This document shows positions 1-11,965 of a stretch of DNA of 36,707 bases, piece by piece. Position 1 is the first letter of the stretch. Each line of letters begins with the position of its first letter. A program made the translations under genes and the position numbers. This stretch comes from Octopus sinensis (lineage: Eukaryota), in contig NW_021824648.1 of assembly GCF_006345805.1 (NCBI RefSeq), positions 1 through 36,707 of the forward strand. The letters are read 5' to 3'. The notes under the pieces were generated by a model that saw only the letters and a program-made list of their open reading frames with translations, did no database searches and was not told the origin of the DNA.

Positions 1-1104
1 CTGCTGGTTTTGTGGTTGATGTTGAGTGCAGTGTAGCTTGGTTAAAATCTTTTCAAGGATTTTGGTTGCCGTTTACTTTTAATGATGGTGTGTGTTTCGA
101 GGATCTGTTCATCTTGGGTCTCCCTTTAGTAGGGCTGTGCTTTGTAGTATGGTGTTGAAGGCCTCATTGTTGAGTGGGTTGTGTGTAGAGATGTAGGGAA
201 GGGTTTTAATTGTTCTTTCTTTTTTGGTTTTGTTTGTCTCAGGTCTTCTATACTTAATTTAAGTACCCGTGGATTGCACTGTCTATTAGGGGCTGTGGAT
301 AGTTTCTATTTGTGAGTGTGGTTCTAAGTTCCTGGAGACGTGTGTGTCGGGTGTTTGTGTCTGATATTATGGTGCAAATCCTTCTAGCTAAACAAAAAGG
401 GACATTCATTCTAGTGTGTCGTGGGTGGCATGAATCAAAGAGTAGGTACTGTTTAGAGTCTGTCGGTTTATAGTAGATATCTGTCTCTTGTTGCCGGTTT
501 TCTTAATGAGGATGTCTAAAAATGGTAATTCTTTTTCGTTGTGGTCCATCGTGAATTGTATATTGTCATTTATTCCATTAATAGAATTTTAAATTCCTCA
601 AGTTTCTCTATGCCTTTGTCCCAGATGATGAAACAGTCATCGAGGTATCTTTTCCAGTTGTTATGGATATAGGTGGCGAAGGTGTTCCATATTTCTCGAG
701 TGTCATCCGGTATAGTATTTCTCGAGGTATCCCATCACTAGGTTGGCAAAAGATGGTGCAGTACGCGTGCCCATCGCTGTTCCCGATCTTTGCCTGTAGA
801 AATCATTGTCAAAAATAAAATAATTGTTCTCTAAAATGAATCTAAGTCCTTCTATTATAAGGTCTTTGTTTATGCGAGTTGGGAGTTCAAAGGGGTAGTT
901 ATTCAGCCAGAAGGTGATCGCTTCTATTCCTAGGTTGTGAGGGATGAATGATACTAGAAGGGTTTTCTCATTGACTGTTTTAGGGAGGTGGTTGAGCATA
1001 TCTATATCGTCTCTTACGTAGCTTTTGATGTGTTTTAGGAAAGGTTTAAGAAGTGTGTCTAAGAAATTGCTGAGGCGGTGAGTTTCACATGCTGGCCCTG
1101 CTAT
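1..1104 (-). mobile_element. Penelope-like element (PLE) reverse transcriptase remnant, degraded
   Basis: Minus-strand translation gives IAGPACETHRLSNFLDTLLKPFLKHIKSYVRDDIDMLNHLP, then QRSGTAMGTRTAPSFANLVMGYLE (ORF 703-999), WKRYLDDCFIIWDKG, LPFLDILI and TDIYYKPTDSKQYL, all PLE RT/thumb motifs. There are frameshifts and stops. A GIY-YIG domain would lie beyond coordinate 1. Confidence 0.88.
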
Positions 1105-1384
1105 TGATTGATTATCTTAATTACCTGAGATTTCTTTTGTTTGTCCTTTGCCATCGTTGTGTCCCTGTTCCTGTGTGTGGGGTCTAAAAAATGGTTGGTT
1201 GTAGTTATGTTCAAAGCTATTATTTATCTGTCTCATGTTGTTATAATTGTCAGAGTGAGTTTGTGGTGCTCTGTTCTGGAGTCTGTTGTTGAACCTAGTG
1301 TTACGTCTTAGTTCCTCAGGTATATTGTGTTGGTAGTTGTTTCCTCCGTAGTGCATTTGTTGTTTGTTATATATATCAGTGACA

Positions 1385-1650
1385 CTCAGTTAGTTACAAT
1401 AACAAAGGTTCCAAGGTGTCCGATCGACGGAACAGCCTCCTCGTGAAATTATTGTCCAAGGGGCCGAACACTCCACAGAAACGTGTACAATTAACGTAAT
1501 TCTGCGGGAGAATCAGCGTGACACAGAGTGGGACAAGGCTGGCCCTTTGAAATACAGGTACTACTTATTTTTACCAGCAGATTGAACTGAGCAACGGGAA
1601 ATAAAGAGTCTTACTCAAGGACACAATGCTTTACAAGAATTGAACTCACG
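1385..1650. mobile_element. SINE-like interspersed repeat fragment
   Basis: Contains GGACAAGGCTGGCCCTTTGAAATACAGGTA and AAAGAGTCTTACTCAAGGACAC. The latter resembles the CORE-like ACTTGCCCAAGG block seen in other SINEs of this window. Recognised by eye only. Confidence 0.5.
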
Positions 1651-2204
1651 TGGACCAAATAAGCCACTGACATTCAAACAACTTTGCACACCACTTCAAA
1701 TATTGAATTATCTTATCTTCTTTCTACTGACATTATTTACATAATGACTTCTGTTAGGAGCGGCAATGGCCTTCCCCGCTTGTATATACCATGGCAGCCA
1801 TGCAACACAAGAGGAATGTCATAAACACTCGACCTAATTTCCAGATAAAATACGAGATTAAATTTACAACGCTGACAAAAGGCTTTACTTACAAGCAGAA
1901 CAGGACACACACACGGAACACACACACACATACACACACACACACACACACACAAAACACACACACACATACATGGGCATACATGCACACACACAAACAT
2001 ACACAGAAGCATGTAACGATTGGATTTGTGGGGTTCATTTGATCTACAAGAAATAGCAGCCAAATTTTAGCCCAAATCTCACCTTAGTCATATATCGTAT
2101 GACAGATTACATAGTGTAATTCTAAATGCATGTAAATCATCAAGATGGTCGTGGATGGAATGCTTGTGATCATGTCTGCTCGATCAACGATTATGTGCTT
2201 CTAA

Positions 2205-2355
2205 ATGTGTCGGTGTGGTAAGAAGTTTGTTTCACAACCAAATGATTCCTGGTTCAACCCCACATTTGGCAATTCTCTTCCATTATAGTTGTGGCCAACT
2301 ACAGCCGTCTGTGCCGATTGGTAGATAGAAACTGAATGAAACCCTTTGTGTGGAG
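2205..2355 (+). mobile_element. tRNA-headed CORE-SINE, 5' part, diverged
   Basis: GGTGTGGTAAGAAGTTTG...GGTTCAACCC (A/B-box-like) followed by GATTGGTAGATAGAAACTGAATGAAACC, matching the full copies elsewhere in the window. Confidence 0.6.
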
Positions 2356-2765
2356 CATATATATATATATATGTATTCACATGAATTTATTTATGTATCT
2401 ACCTTCCGACATCTATCTATCTATCTACCTATGTGTGTGTGTATGTAAATATGTATATATGTATATACACTCAAATACCATATAAATTTATATACATACA
2501 TAGACATGTATAGGTATGTATATATATATGTATATAAAGAAAGGCACACGTGCACATATATAAACACACTACCAACATCGGTATACACGGTCTATAACCG
2601 AGTGTACAAGGGAAGTTCTAGAAAAAATAAATAATAGTTCTGCATTACTGAGAAGACAGAATTCCTTGTCTTTATCAAAAGGGATCGAAATTGAGAGAAT
2701 CAACCAATCTAAATTAAATTGTATATTGTGGTCGACTTACATGCATACATACATACAAACATATA

Positions 2766-2806
<41 letters not shown>

Positions 2807-2824
2807 TATATATTATATATATAT

Positions 2825-3228
2825 ACTCTTTTACTCTTTTACTTGTTTCAGTCATTTGACTGCGGCCATGCTGGAGCATCGCCTTTAGTCGAGCAATTCG
2901 ACCCCGGGACTTATTCTTTGTAAGCCCAGTACTTATTCTATCGGTCTCTTTTGCTGAACCGCTAAGATACGGGACGTAAACACACCACCATCGGTTGTCA
3001 AGCAATGGTGGAGTGACAAAAACAGACACACAAACATATACATACATACATATATATACATATATAAGACGGGCTTCTTCCAGTTTCCGTCTACCAAATC
3101 CACTCACAAGGCTTTGGTCGGCCCGAGGCTATAGTAGAAGACACTTGCCCAAGGTTCCACGCAGTGGGAATGAACCCGGAACCATGTGGTTGGTAAGCAA
3201 GCTACTTACCACACAGCCACTCCTGCGC

Positions 3229-3230
<2 letters not shown>
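2825..3230 (-). mobile_element. tRNA-headed CORE-SINE (octopus OR-like), full length
   Basis: On the minus strand: head AGGCGCAGGAGTGGCTGTGTGGTAAGTAGC...GGTTCATTCCC (A and B boxes), CORE-like CCTTGGGCAAGTGTCTT, an internal (TA/TG)n run, and a 3' end GACTGAAACAAGTAAAAGAGTAAAAGAGT. Alignable by eye to the copies at 5509 and 14463. Confidence 0.85.
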
Positions 3231-3298
<68 letters not shown>

Positions 3299-3511
3299 TA
3301 GATATATATATTAATTATATTATATTATATTATATTAAATTATATTTTGTGAAATTTGATTTAGTACTTCTAAATTGAATTTTCCCCTGTAAGTTAGGAA
3401 TAATATTCCCTCAAAGTATTAGTATATATATATATATATACACACACATACACGTAAATATATATATATGCATACACACATATATATGCATGTACGTGTG
3501 TGTGTGTATGT

Positions 3512-3836
3512 ATTCTATTATTCTTTTATTTGTTTCAGTCATTTGACTGCAGCCATGCTGGAGCACCGCCTTCAGTCGAACAAATCGACCCCAGAACTTA
3601 CTATTTGTAAGCCTAGTACTTATTCTATGGGTGTCTTTTGACGAACCGCTATGTTACCAGGACCCACGAACATCGGTTTCCACACGATGTTGGGAGGACA
3701 AATATAGACACACAAACATACACACACACATGCACACTCACACACACACACAGACACACACACTCACACACACACACGCTTATATATATATATATATATG
3801 TGAGTGGATTTGAATGGAAACTGAAAGAAACCTGCC

Positions 3837-3892
<56 letters not shown>

Positions 3893-4055
3893 GACAGTTT
3901 TCTTTCAGTTTCCATCTACCAAATCCACTCAGAAGTTTTTGGTCAGACAGAGGTTGTAGTAGAAGACACTTGCCCAAGGTGTCACGCAGTGGGACTGAAC
4001 CAGGAACCATGTGCTTCCTAAGTAAGCTACGTACCACACAGACACTCCTGCGCCT
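3512..4055 (-). mobile_element. tRNA-headed CORE-SINE with expanded internal microsatellite
   Basis: Same head, CORE and tail blocks as 2825-3230. The internal (CA)n/(TA)n tract is expanded to about 200 bp. Confidence 0.8.
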
Positions 4056-5049
4056 GTATATAAATATATATAAGTATATATACATACATACATATATACA
4101 TATATATGTGTGTGTGTATATATAATATATATGTATATATAATATATATATATACACGTGTATTATGCTATACAATACATATATGGTATATGCATATGTA
4201 CATATAAATATGTGTGTGTATGTGCGTATCCAAGTATTTTCCTTTATTTACCTGCAGTGAGAACATGGCACACCTAGAAACACACATATACATAAATATA
4301 TGCGTGCACACATATAGATATAATACACAGACACACACACAGAATGTTTACTGCTATAACTGTTGTCAGGATTTAGCATTTGTCGAAGTGATTAGATAAC
4401 AGAACGGGTTATGTGTAGGGTTTACATTACACACAACACACACACACGCACATGCATAGACACATATACATACATTCGTAGACTCACATATGCACATAAT
4501 ATTCTTATCTCGAAATAGACACACGCACACACAAACTCTTATCTCAAAATTTAACGTCTCCAAGTCTCATAACATCAATATAAATAGACAAAATTCAACA
4601 CATTTCTTTATTCGTTTGCTGTTCTTTGAACTCACTGAACGTGGAAGATATTCCTGACAAAAAAACTCTTCAGATTCCAACTGAAAGAAATTAATTATTC
4701 AGGTAGATATTATTCTTCTATTGCTTTTAATTAACACAATATTTTCTTACTCTTTAATATTGTCAAAGTTTCATTATAACAATTTCCAACGCAGACATAC
4801 TTTTATATGGAAATTCGATTTATTTTCAGAGAGTATTTTATATATCATTAATATTTCCAGGATATAATATAAGGTATAGTTTGCTTATATCTGTGGAAAA
4901 GCTATTTGATGGAATTTAGTCACAATATTCATCTAATTACACAGTATTTTCGAAAATATAAGGACAGTTTGTGTGACGTTTAGCCAGCAGGAGATGTTGT
5001 CTCCTGGGGCTAAACGGTAGTAGCATTTGTCCCAACCGAGATCGCCAAA

Positions 5050-5085
<36 letters not shown>

Positions 5086-5184
5086 TACTAACAATATAGG
5101 ATGGAGTCCCTTTCTCTACAGAAAAGGAATCCATCAGAAAGCGTGGCAGTATATTAAAAAAACCTTTACGGTTGAAGTATAAAC

Positions 5185-5404
5185 ATCATATAATTAAGGG
5201 CTAAAGAAGATTATTCTAAAGCCAATACACTGATTTATCCACTTATAATCCACTTGCTACAGGAAAATTGAAACTGAAAACGGGCAACTAACCTCTAGAA
5301 AATTTTAATTTCGTTATCTCTATATTGAATCAATTTCGGAATATAAGTGGATAAATCAGTGTATTGGCTTTAGAATAATCTTCTTTAGCCCTTAATTATA
5401 TGAT
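5185..5404. mobile_element. Palindromic MITE-like element with 63-bp perfect terminal inverted repeats
   Basis: 5185-5247 is the exact reverse complement of 5342-5404 (ATCATATAATTAAGGGCTAAAGAAG...CCACTTATA). The spacer is 94 bp and the right side runs into (TA)n. Confidence 0.7.
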
Positions 5405-5508
5405 ATATATATATATATATATATAATTAAGGGACATTAGTCATTTCTACCAAAAATTTTACTAATCCTACCCAATGCAATTTATCTCTAATTTAATATA
5501 TATTATAT

Positions 5509-5870
5509 TCTCTTTTACTCTTTTCTCTTTTACTTGTTTCAGTCATTTGACTGCGGCCATGTGGAGCACCGCCTTTTAGTACTTATTCTATCGGTCTCTT
5601 TGCCGAACCGCTAAGTAAAAAGGGGACATAAGCACACCAGCATCGGTGTCAAGCAATGCTAGGGGGACAAACACAAACACACACATACATACATATATAT
5701 ATATATATATACGACAGGCTTCTTTCAGTTTCGTCTACCAAATCCACTCACAAGGCTTTGGTCGGCCCGGGGCTACATAGTAGATAGAAGACACTTGCCC
5801 AAGATGCCACGCAGGGACTGAACCCGGAACCATGTGGCAGGTAGACAAGACTTACCACACAGCCACTCCT
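5509..5870 (-). mobile_element. tRNA-headed CORE-SINE
   Basis: Same family as 2825-3230. It sits between TTTATCTCTAATTTAAT and its reverse complement ATTAAATTAGAGATAAA. Confidence 0.85.
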
Positions 5871-6241
5871 ATTAAATTAGAGATAAAACCACTATTAGGC
5901 AAATCAAACAATGAAAAACATAAGCCAATACATAAAATTAATTAATTTATATTATTTTAAAAATATATCAAAAGTATTAAAAGTTTAATAAAATATAACG
6001 AGGCCAGTCGGGGTGGCGCTGGCAACGGCCACATTCGGATGGTTCTCTTACGTGCCACCGGCACTGGTATCTCAGCTGCAATTTCCATTGATCGATTTCG
6101 ATTCTGATTCTCACTATCTTTTATTATACTTTTAATACTTTTGATATATTTTTATTATAATATAAATTAATTAATTTTATGTATTGGCTTATGTTTTTCA
6201 TTGTTTGATTTGCCTAATAGTGGTTTTATCTCTAAATTAAT
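5871..6241. repeat. About 120-bp near-perfect inverted repeat with a GC-rich spacer of about 130 bp
   Basis: 5871-5991 is the reverse complement of 6121-6241 with only a few mismatches. Confidence 0.85.
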
Positions 6242-6329
6242 ATAATATATATTTATACTATAAAATTGGATTTAATCCTAAATCTGATTTTTCCCTGTAA
6301 GTTTGGATTTATTCCCTAATATTTTATTA

Positions 6330-6367
<38 letters not shown>

Positions 6368-6837
6368 CATGTGTTGCAAGATTCCTGGTTTGAAACCATG
6401 AGTTTGAAACAGGTATTGTTGTATTTCGGGACGGTCATTATTATATTTTAGGGGCTAATTAAACAATCGAACTATTTATTCGTTCTTCACTCCACGGAGT
6501 GAGCAGAAAAGGAGCACACAGGGGGACGGAAAGTGTCGCTGAAGACGCCACAGATATGTGACGAAGGATTTCCTGACAATGGACATGAGTTAAAATAAGA
6601 ACATTAATAAACGAGTAAAGAGAACGAATATATAGAGCATATGTTTATTTGGCAAAAATGACCGAAATACCACAATACATATATATTGTGAGATTCCGAT
6701 GGTTTTGGAGCTTTGGCTCTGATTTTAGCAAGTGGTATTATATACCCTACTGAATCTAAATTTAGCTTATAATGTGCCAGTAACCGTGTGAACTTGCTAG
6801 CCACCTTATTATTACCTTATTAATATCATTAACAGCA

Positions 6838-7020
6838 GAGGGCGGCGAGCAGGCAGAAACGTTAGCACGTCGGGCGAAATGCTTAGCGATATTTCGTTTG
6901 TCTTTACATTCTGAGTTTAAATTCAGCCGAGGTCAACTTTGCCTTTCATCCTGCCGTGGTCGATAAATTAAGTACCAGTTGCATACTGGGGTCGAAATTC
7001 TCAGCGTCTAAACTGATACT
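6838..7020 (+). mobile_element. Second tRNA-derived SINE family, 3'-truncated
   Basis: GGCGGCGAGCAGGCAGAAACGTTAG (A-box-like), GAGTTTAAATT (B-box-like), then GGTCGATAAATTAAGTACCAG. A related diverged copy lies at about 29335-29440. Confidence 0.65.
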
Positions 7021-7027
7021 AGTAAGA

Positions 7028-7175
7028 TGTAGAATATTATGCAAACAACGTTGATATAAAGAGCATACGCATTTGACAGGAAGAGGAAAACAGAGAACGG
7101 CCTTTCGGAATAAGGTACAGGCCCATGACTAAAAATTAGTTTCTTTGAACCAGGATTTACTGGTTATACATTACA
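7028..7175 (+). repeat. Candidate 5' LTR of the Gypsy remnant
   Basis: Starts TGT and ends ACA just upstream of the gag ATG at 7252. There is no second LTR in the window to confirm it. Confidence 0.3.
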
Positions 7176-7251
7176 ATTAAAGAAACTAATTTTTGAAAAT
7201 ACACAACTGGGAAACGTTGCAGAAAGAAACTTGCGAAAAGACGCGAACGAT

Positions 7252-8285
7252 ATGGAAAGATACTTGAAATCTGACAGACTGAATACAAACTGAAATTCTA
7301 TAAATGCTGATAAAGTTTTTAATCACTGGTTGAGAACTTTCACCAACTTTATAGACTCACTACCAGGGCAGGAAGGTAGGGTTATCGATAAACGCAATCT
7401 TTTGGTTAATTATGTGGAACCGAACGTATACGAATTCATCAGTGAAGCTAAGAACTACGAAGAAGCTCTGAATACACTAAAGAGTGTGTACATTAAACCA
7501 AAGAACATCGTAATGGCACGCCATCTTTTAGCCACAAGGAAACAGAAACTAGGGGAATCTCTAGACCAGTTCTTAAATGAACTCAAAATATTAGCGAAAG
7601 ACTGTGACTTTGTTGCAGTGAGTGCTGAGCAGTACCGGTCTGAAATGATTCGAGATGTGTTTATAAATGGGCTCACTTCGAATCAAATACGACAAAGACT
7701 ATTAGAAAACAAAAGTGTCGACCTCAGTACAGCTTATGATCAAGCACGTTCCCTAGATGTGGCGCAACAGAGTTCCTGTGTCTTTCTAAACTCTGAGGGT
7801 GCCAAATTCAGTCCAACTGCATCCATTGTAGCTAAGCCAATAAATTCCCCAAAGCAGGGAGGAGACCCCTGTCAATGTTGGCTTTGTGGCTATTCCAGAC
7901 ACCCGCGGACTCACTGCTCTGCGCAGAAAGCAGTCTGTCACAAATGCCCAAAATAGGGCATTTTGGAAAACTATGTAGGAGCACCGCAGCAACTGTAACA
8001 TAGGATGATGGTAAAAATTATTTGCCAATGGCAGTATCAGCATCAGCAGGTTCACACTTCCGAGTAACCTCCAAGGTTATACTGAACAATAGCTATAAAG
8101 CCGAAGCATTAATTGATAGCGGTAGCACTGACAAGAGCTTCATTAGTGAGAAGCTAGAGAACACACTCGACATTATCACGGTCAAATTGAAGAGCGTCAT
8201 TGGTATGGCTTCTGCATCACTTTCTGCGGAATCCAAGGGATACTGCACGGTTTCACTAACCCACAATAATCAGAAATACTACCAT
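7252..8285 (+). mobile_element. Ty3/Gypsy LTR retrotransposon remnant: gag with two zinc knuckles plus aspartic protease
   Basis: ATG at 7252 reads MERYLKSDRLNTN*NSINADKVFNHWLRTF, in frame with ORF 7330-7956 (ARHLLATRKQKLGESLDQFL, MIRDVFINGL, CWLCGYSRHPRTHC, CHKCPK*GHFGKLC). The protease motif ALIDSGSTDKSFIS is in ORF 8022-8291. RT and integrase are absent. Confidence 0.9.
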
Positions 8286-9753
8286 GACTAGTTTTCCTCC
8301 TCCTGCAGTCTCTAAGTACACTTTAGTCTATCAGGAATTGATCCTTGGTACTTCTGCACTTACGCTTGCAACCTTTCTGCTCATGTGGCAGGACTCCCTT
8401 TTTTCCAGATGTTCGGACATTGCGAGTATTCCAGTCAATCATTTCCACATAAGTGGCAAACAGGATATCGGCCTGTAATTGTCTACCGTATTGCCTTTTT
8501 CCATGTTTTTTTCAGGCACAGCGCTGTCCTACCCAATGCCAACCTCTCTGATATTACTTGGTCGGCATTTAACAAGGTGTTGAGTTTCGCAGCTATTCGT
8601 GCATGACATTCACCAAATTTTTTGATCCAGTAGCCTTGGTCCCGGGGCCTTCCAGTTGCTCATTTTTTTTTGCTGATTTCCTTCACTTCCTTAACTGAAA
8701 TGACTAGTTCTGCTTGTTTTAGACAGACTACTATCCAAATTCTTTGGTCGTATCTTACCATCTTTGCTTTCTTTGCAACGAGGCGCTGTTTCAGTCCCTC
8801 GATTACTACTTTCAGGCCATTTCTTTCAATATTATACTTTCTTTAAATCGCCCTGTATTTTTGTTTTCTTTGAGGCCTCCTTTCTCTTTTCGGTCTACCA
8901 CAGAGATTTCCTTCGAGAGCATGTCTGACCCTTCCTGTGTTCTTCTTTACCACCATGGATCTTTTCTTTTGCCATTCCCATTATGTTGTTTTTTTCTTGA
9001 CATCAACGCCCAAGTTTTCTGCTACAACAATACTTGCTGCGTTGATCAAATTATTTTATTCTGTGATGTTGTTTGTTTTGATGTATTTCTGAATTTCATT
9101 GACATTTTTCGTTTCTTGGTTCAATTTCCATCGATCAACCTTTTTAGCAAATAATGTCGCTATATCATTCTCCTGTAGTCTTACCTTCATTCTGTCGTAG
9201 ATCTGTTCATCTGTCATGTCGCCATTAGTTTTATTGTCTTCTTTTAGATCGTCTATATGTCTCTAATCAAGTAGACTACCACTGCTCCTTTCCTGTGCTA
9301 TGAATTTACTCTTATTATTAAGAACTGTATTTTCCTTGTTATCTCTGCTACTATATTCCATGACCCGTCTTTTAACCAACAAGTTTATTCTTATTGCTCT
9401 AGCTTGACCACATATACTCTTTTCCGGGAGTTGAATCAATCCCTTTTCTCTCCCAGGATCATACATACATTATGAGTAACCCCTAGTTTGAGCACCATTT
9501 TCATCTACCGCGCTGCTCAGGTACTAACACTCCATGACCACAGCATTAATTTGCTTCCTCCATCTACGCCGTGTGTGGTAGTCCCTTTCTGGATATGGGC
9601 GGGCTGGAGCCGGACCAGAATCTCTGAGCCTTACCGGCTTCAGTTTCATTACCACCGTTATTCACAATATTTTGTTTTTTCATTGTAACATATATGAGGT
9701 AGCGATTATCAGGTTGCGCAATTACCAGTGTTTTTATTGTGACACCATCACCA
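8285..9753 (-). mobile_element. R4/Dong-clade non-LTR retrotransposon, 5' portion, degraded
   Basis: Minus-strand translation: RRRWRKQINAVVMEC*YLS...RGY, [80 protein letters not shown]. These are motifs typical of R4/Dong proteins. Confidence 0.75.

Positions 9754-9810
<57 letters not shown>
9754..9810. repeat. (TTA)n/(TAA)n microsatellite, about 19 units
   Basis: Directly visible. Confidence 0.98.
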
Positions 9811-10447
9811 TTTTCTGTTCATTGCTTGGGTGCCTTTCAATTACTAAATGCTAGCATCTATGAGAAACTAGTCAGGCGTGTGTTTTTCGTAAAGTTTCAT
9901 AAGAGACGGGTTCTTAGACCCAGTGCATAAGTTAGGTTTATGTAGAATATTCCTAATAGGAGTATGGAATAACATACCCTTGGTAGACAAAAAGCGATGG
10001 GGTATTCCTATCTATACCTGTCTATACTCAGCCCATGCAAGCATACATACATATAACTACAGAACCACAGATGCACCTATACTACCACTAACCAGATATA
10101 CATTCACACCCATATACATGTGTGTACATAATTATATACATGCATATCCAAACTCGCTCATACACACACCCTTATCACCACACATGCGCACACACGTATA
10201 TATCCATTTCCAGACCTTTGGATACATATGTGTGTAAACACCCAGAAGCACATGGCTTCTTGCATAGCCTCTCATATATACAAAATATATATATAATATA
10301 TATACATGCTCATACATATACCTATATATGTTTATATATACACACATACACTTGGAACTAGCACTTGGATAAGAATAATTGCGTACGCTACAAGCAGTAT
10401 ATTGGACAGATACTATCACTTAGTTGGTTTCTCAACGTCTATCACAG

Positions 10448-10507
<60 letters not shown>

Positions 10508-11044
10508 GGTGATATATAAAATCCATTGATCGAGGTGTAGGGAAAACGATCAAAGACAATAGTGCGTTATTGAAGCGGAAGTTTCGGTGTTTTTACGTAT
10601 CGAAGTTCGATACGTTGAAAAAAATTACTTTTCCTATTTCTCGGAAGGCGATTAGGGTTGCCCGGTGTGAGAATTAGAATACAAGAGTTAAGGAATGGAG
10701 TCGATAGGATCCGGGTTACATATGTTTCATAGCAAGCAGAACCTTGGAAATGGTAAATAACCGAGATTGTTGTATACTGGAGGCTGCTTTTCAAGGCCAA
10801 AAATATCTTGATTAAATGAAAGTTTACATCGTCGCAAGGAGGTATACATACTTGTGTCAGTCGACTATGGCCATGCTTGGGCATCGTCTGGAAAGATTTT
10901 AGTCGAATGGTGAATAGACCCCAGGACTTATTTGTTTAGCCTGATACTTATTCTATCAATGCAGAGCCGCTAAGTTATGTCGAGGAAAATGGACCACCAC
11001 CGGCTACGAAGTGGATGTTGCGATACACACAAACGCTGAAATGT

Positions 11045-11089
<45 letters not shown>

Positions 11090-11204
11090 ACACACACAAA
11101 CAGATTTAGAAAGACAGTTAGAATTCAGGCAGACATACAGACAGATAGATACATAGACAAACAGACAGATAGATAGACAGACAGACAGAAAGACACACTG
11201 GTGC

Positions 11205-11965
11205 TGGTGGATGATGTGGGATGGTCACTGAATCATGATTTATCGCCCGCCTTCAAAATCTCTGCAGTGATAGTGTAGATTCCAAGGGTTTTGCTGTTGT
11301 TGAGCTTCTTCAGGGTGGCCCTGACCACGTCGGGGTGATAGGACACAACCTGTAAGTGATGTGGTTGCGGATGAGTCTATAGCGACGGTTAGGCTGCGAT
11401 GGATGGGAACAGTTGGGTGATGAAGAAGAAGGCTAAAGCTCTCCTTCCAGCGTTTGAAGCAGGTGGTTTCCTTGACTACGGCGTTGTCATTGGTATCCTT
11501 CACCTGTGCTGTCTTGAACTGGAGACAAGCACAGGCTCTTTGGAGCATGTTCAACACCTGGTGTATGTCGTCGCTCTTTGATGCTGCCTCCAGACGTTCG
11601 GCTTCTTCTGCCCAGAATTTCCCTCTTTTATCTGAGACGGGCATTGCTGCATTTCGGGTCGATCCTGCTGTACTCATTCATGTCGCCACGCATTCGGGCC
11701 TCCCGGTGGTAATTGATTACCTTCAAGATCCTTCGGAAGAAGTATTGTGTTTACCAGGAAATAATGTGCAGACTGGTTGACATTTGATTTGAAGATCTCT
11801 CAGTTGACAGTCTCATTGTCAGCCAGGGTAATGAAGCGATTGATCAAAGAACCCGCGAATATTGAGGCGCGATGTTAGGATCATGGAGACAGGAGGAATC
11901 ATGGCGGGGATGGTTCTTGGTGACGAGATTCACTTGCAACTTAAATATGAGTGTCCCAACCAGTC
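11205..11965 (-). mobile_element. RTE-clade LINE fragment (endonuclease-to-RT linker)
   Basis: PRHDSSCLHDPNIAPQY, KFWAEEAERLEAASKSDD, VKDTNDNAVV...RWKESFSLLLHHP, ending near ...DFEGG just before the RT core. Confidence 0.7.

Noticed and set aside
3150-3230. tRNA-like A/B boxes in SINE heads
   Set aside because: They are attached to CORE and tail blocks in multiple diverged copies and show no clear cloverleaf. They are SINE heads, not tRNA genes.
9940-9951. 12-bp match ATGTAGAATATT to the candidate LTR start at 7027-7038
   Set aside because: Similarity ends immediately after 12 bp, and the match is AT-rich, so it is likely chance rather than a 3' LTR.
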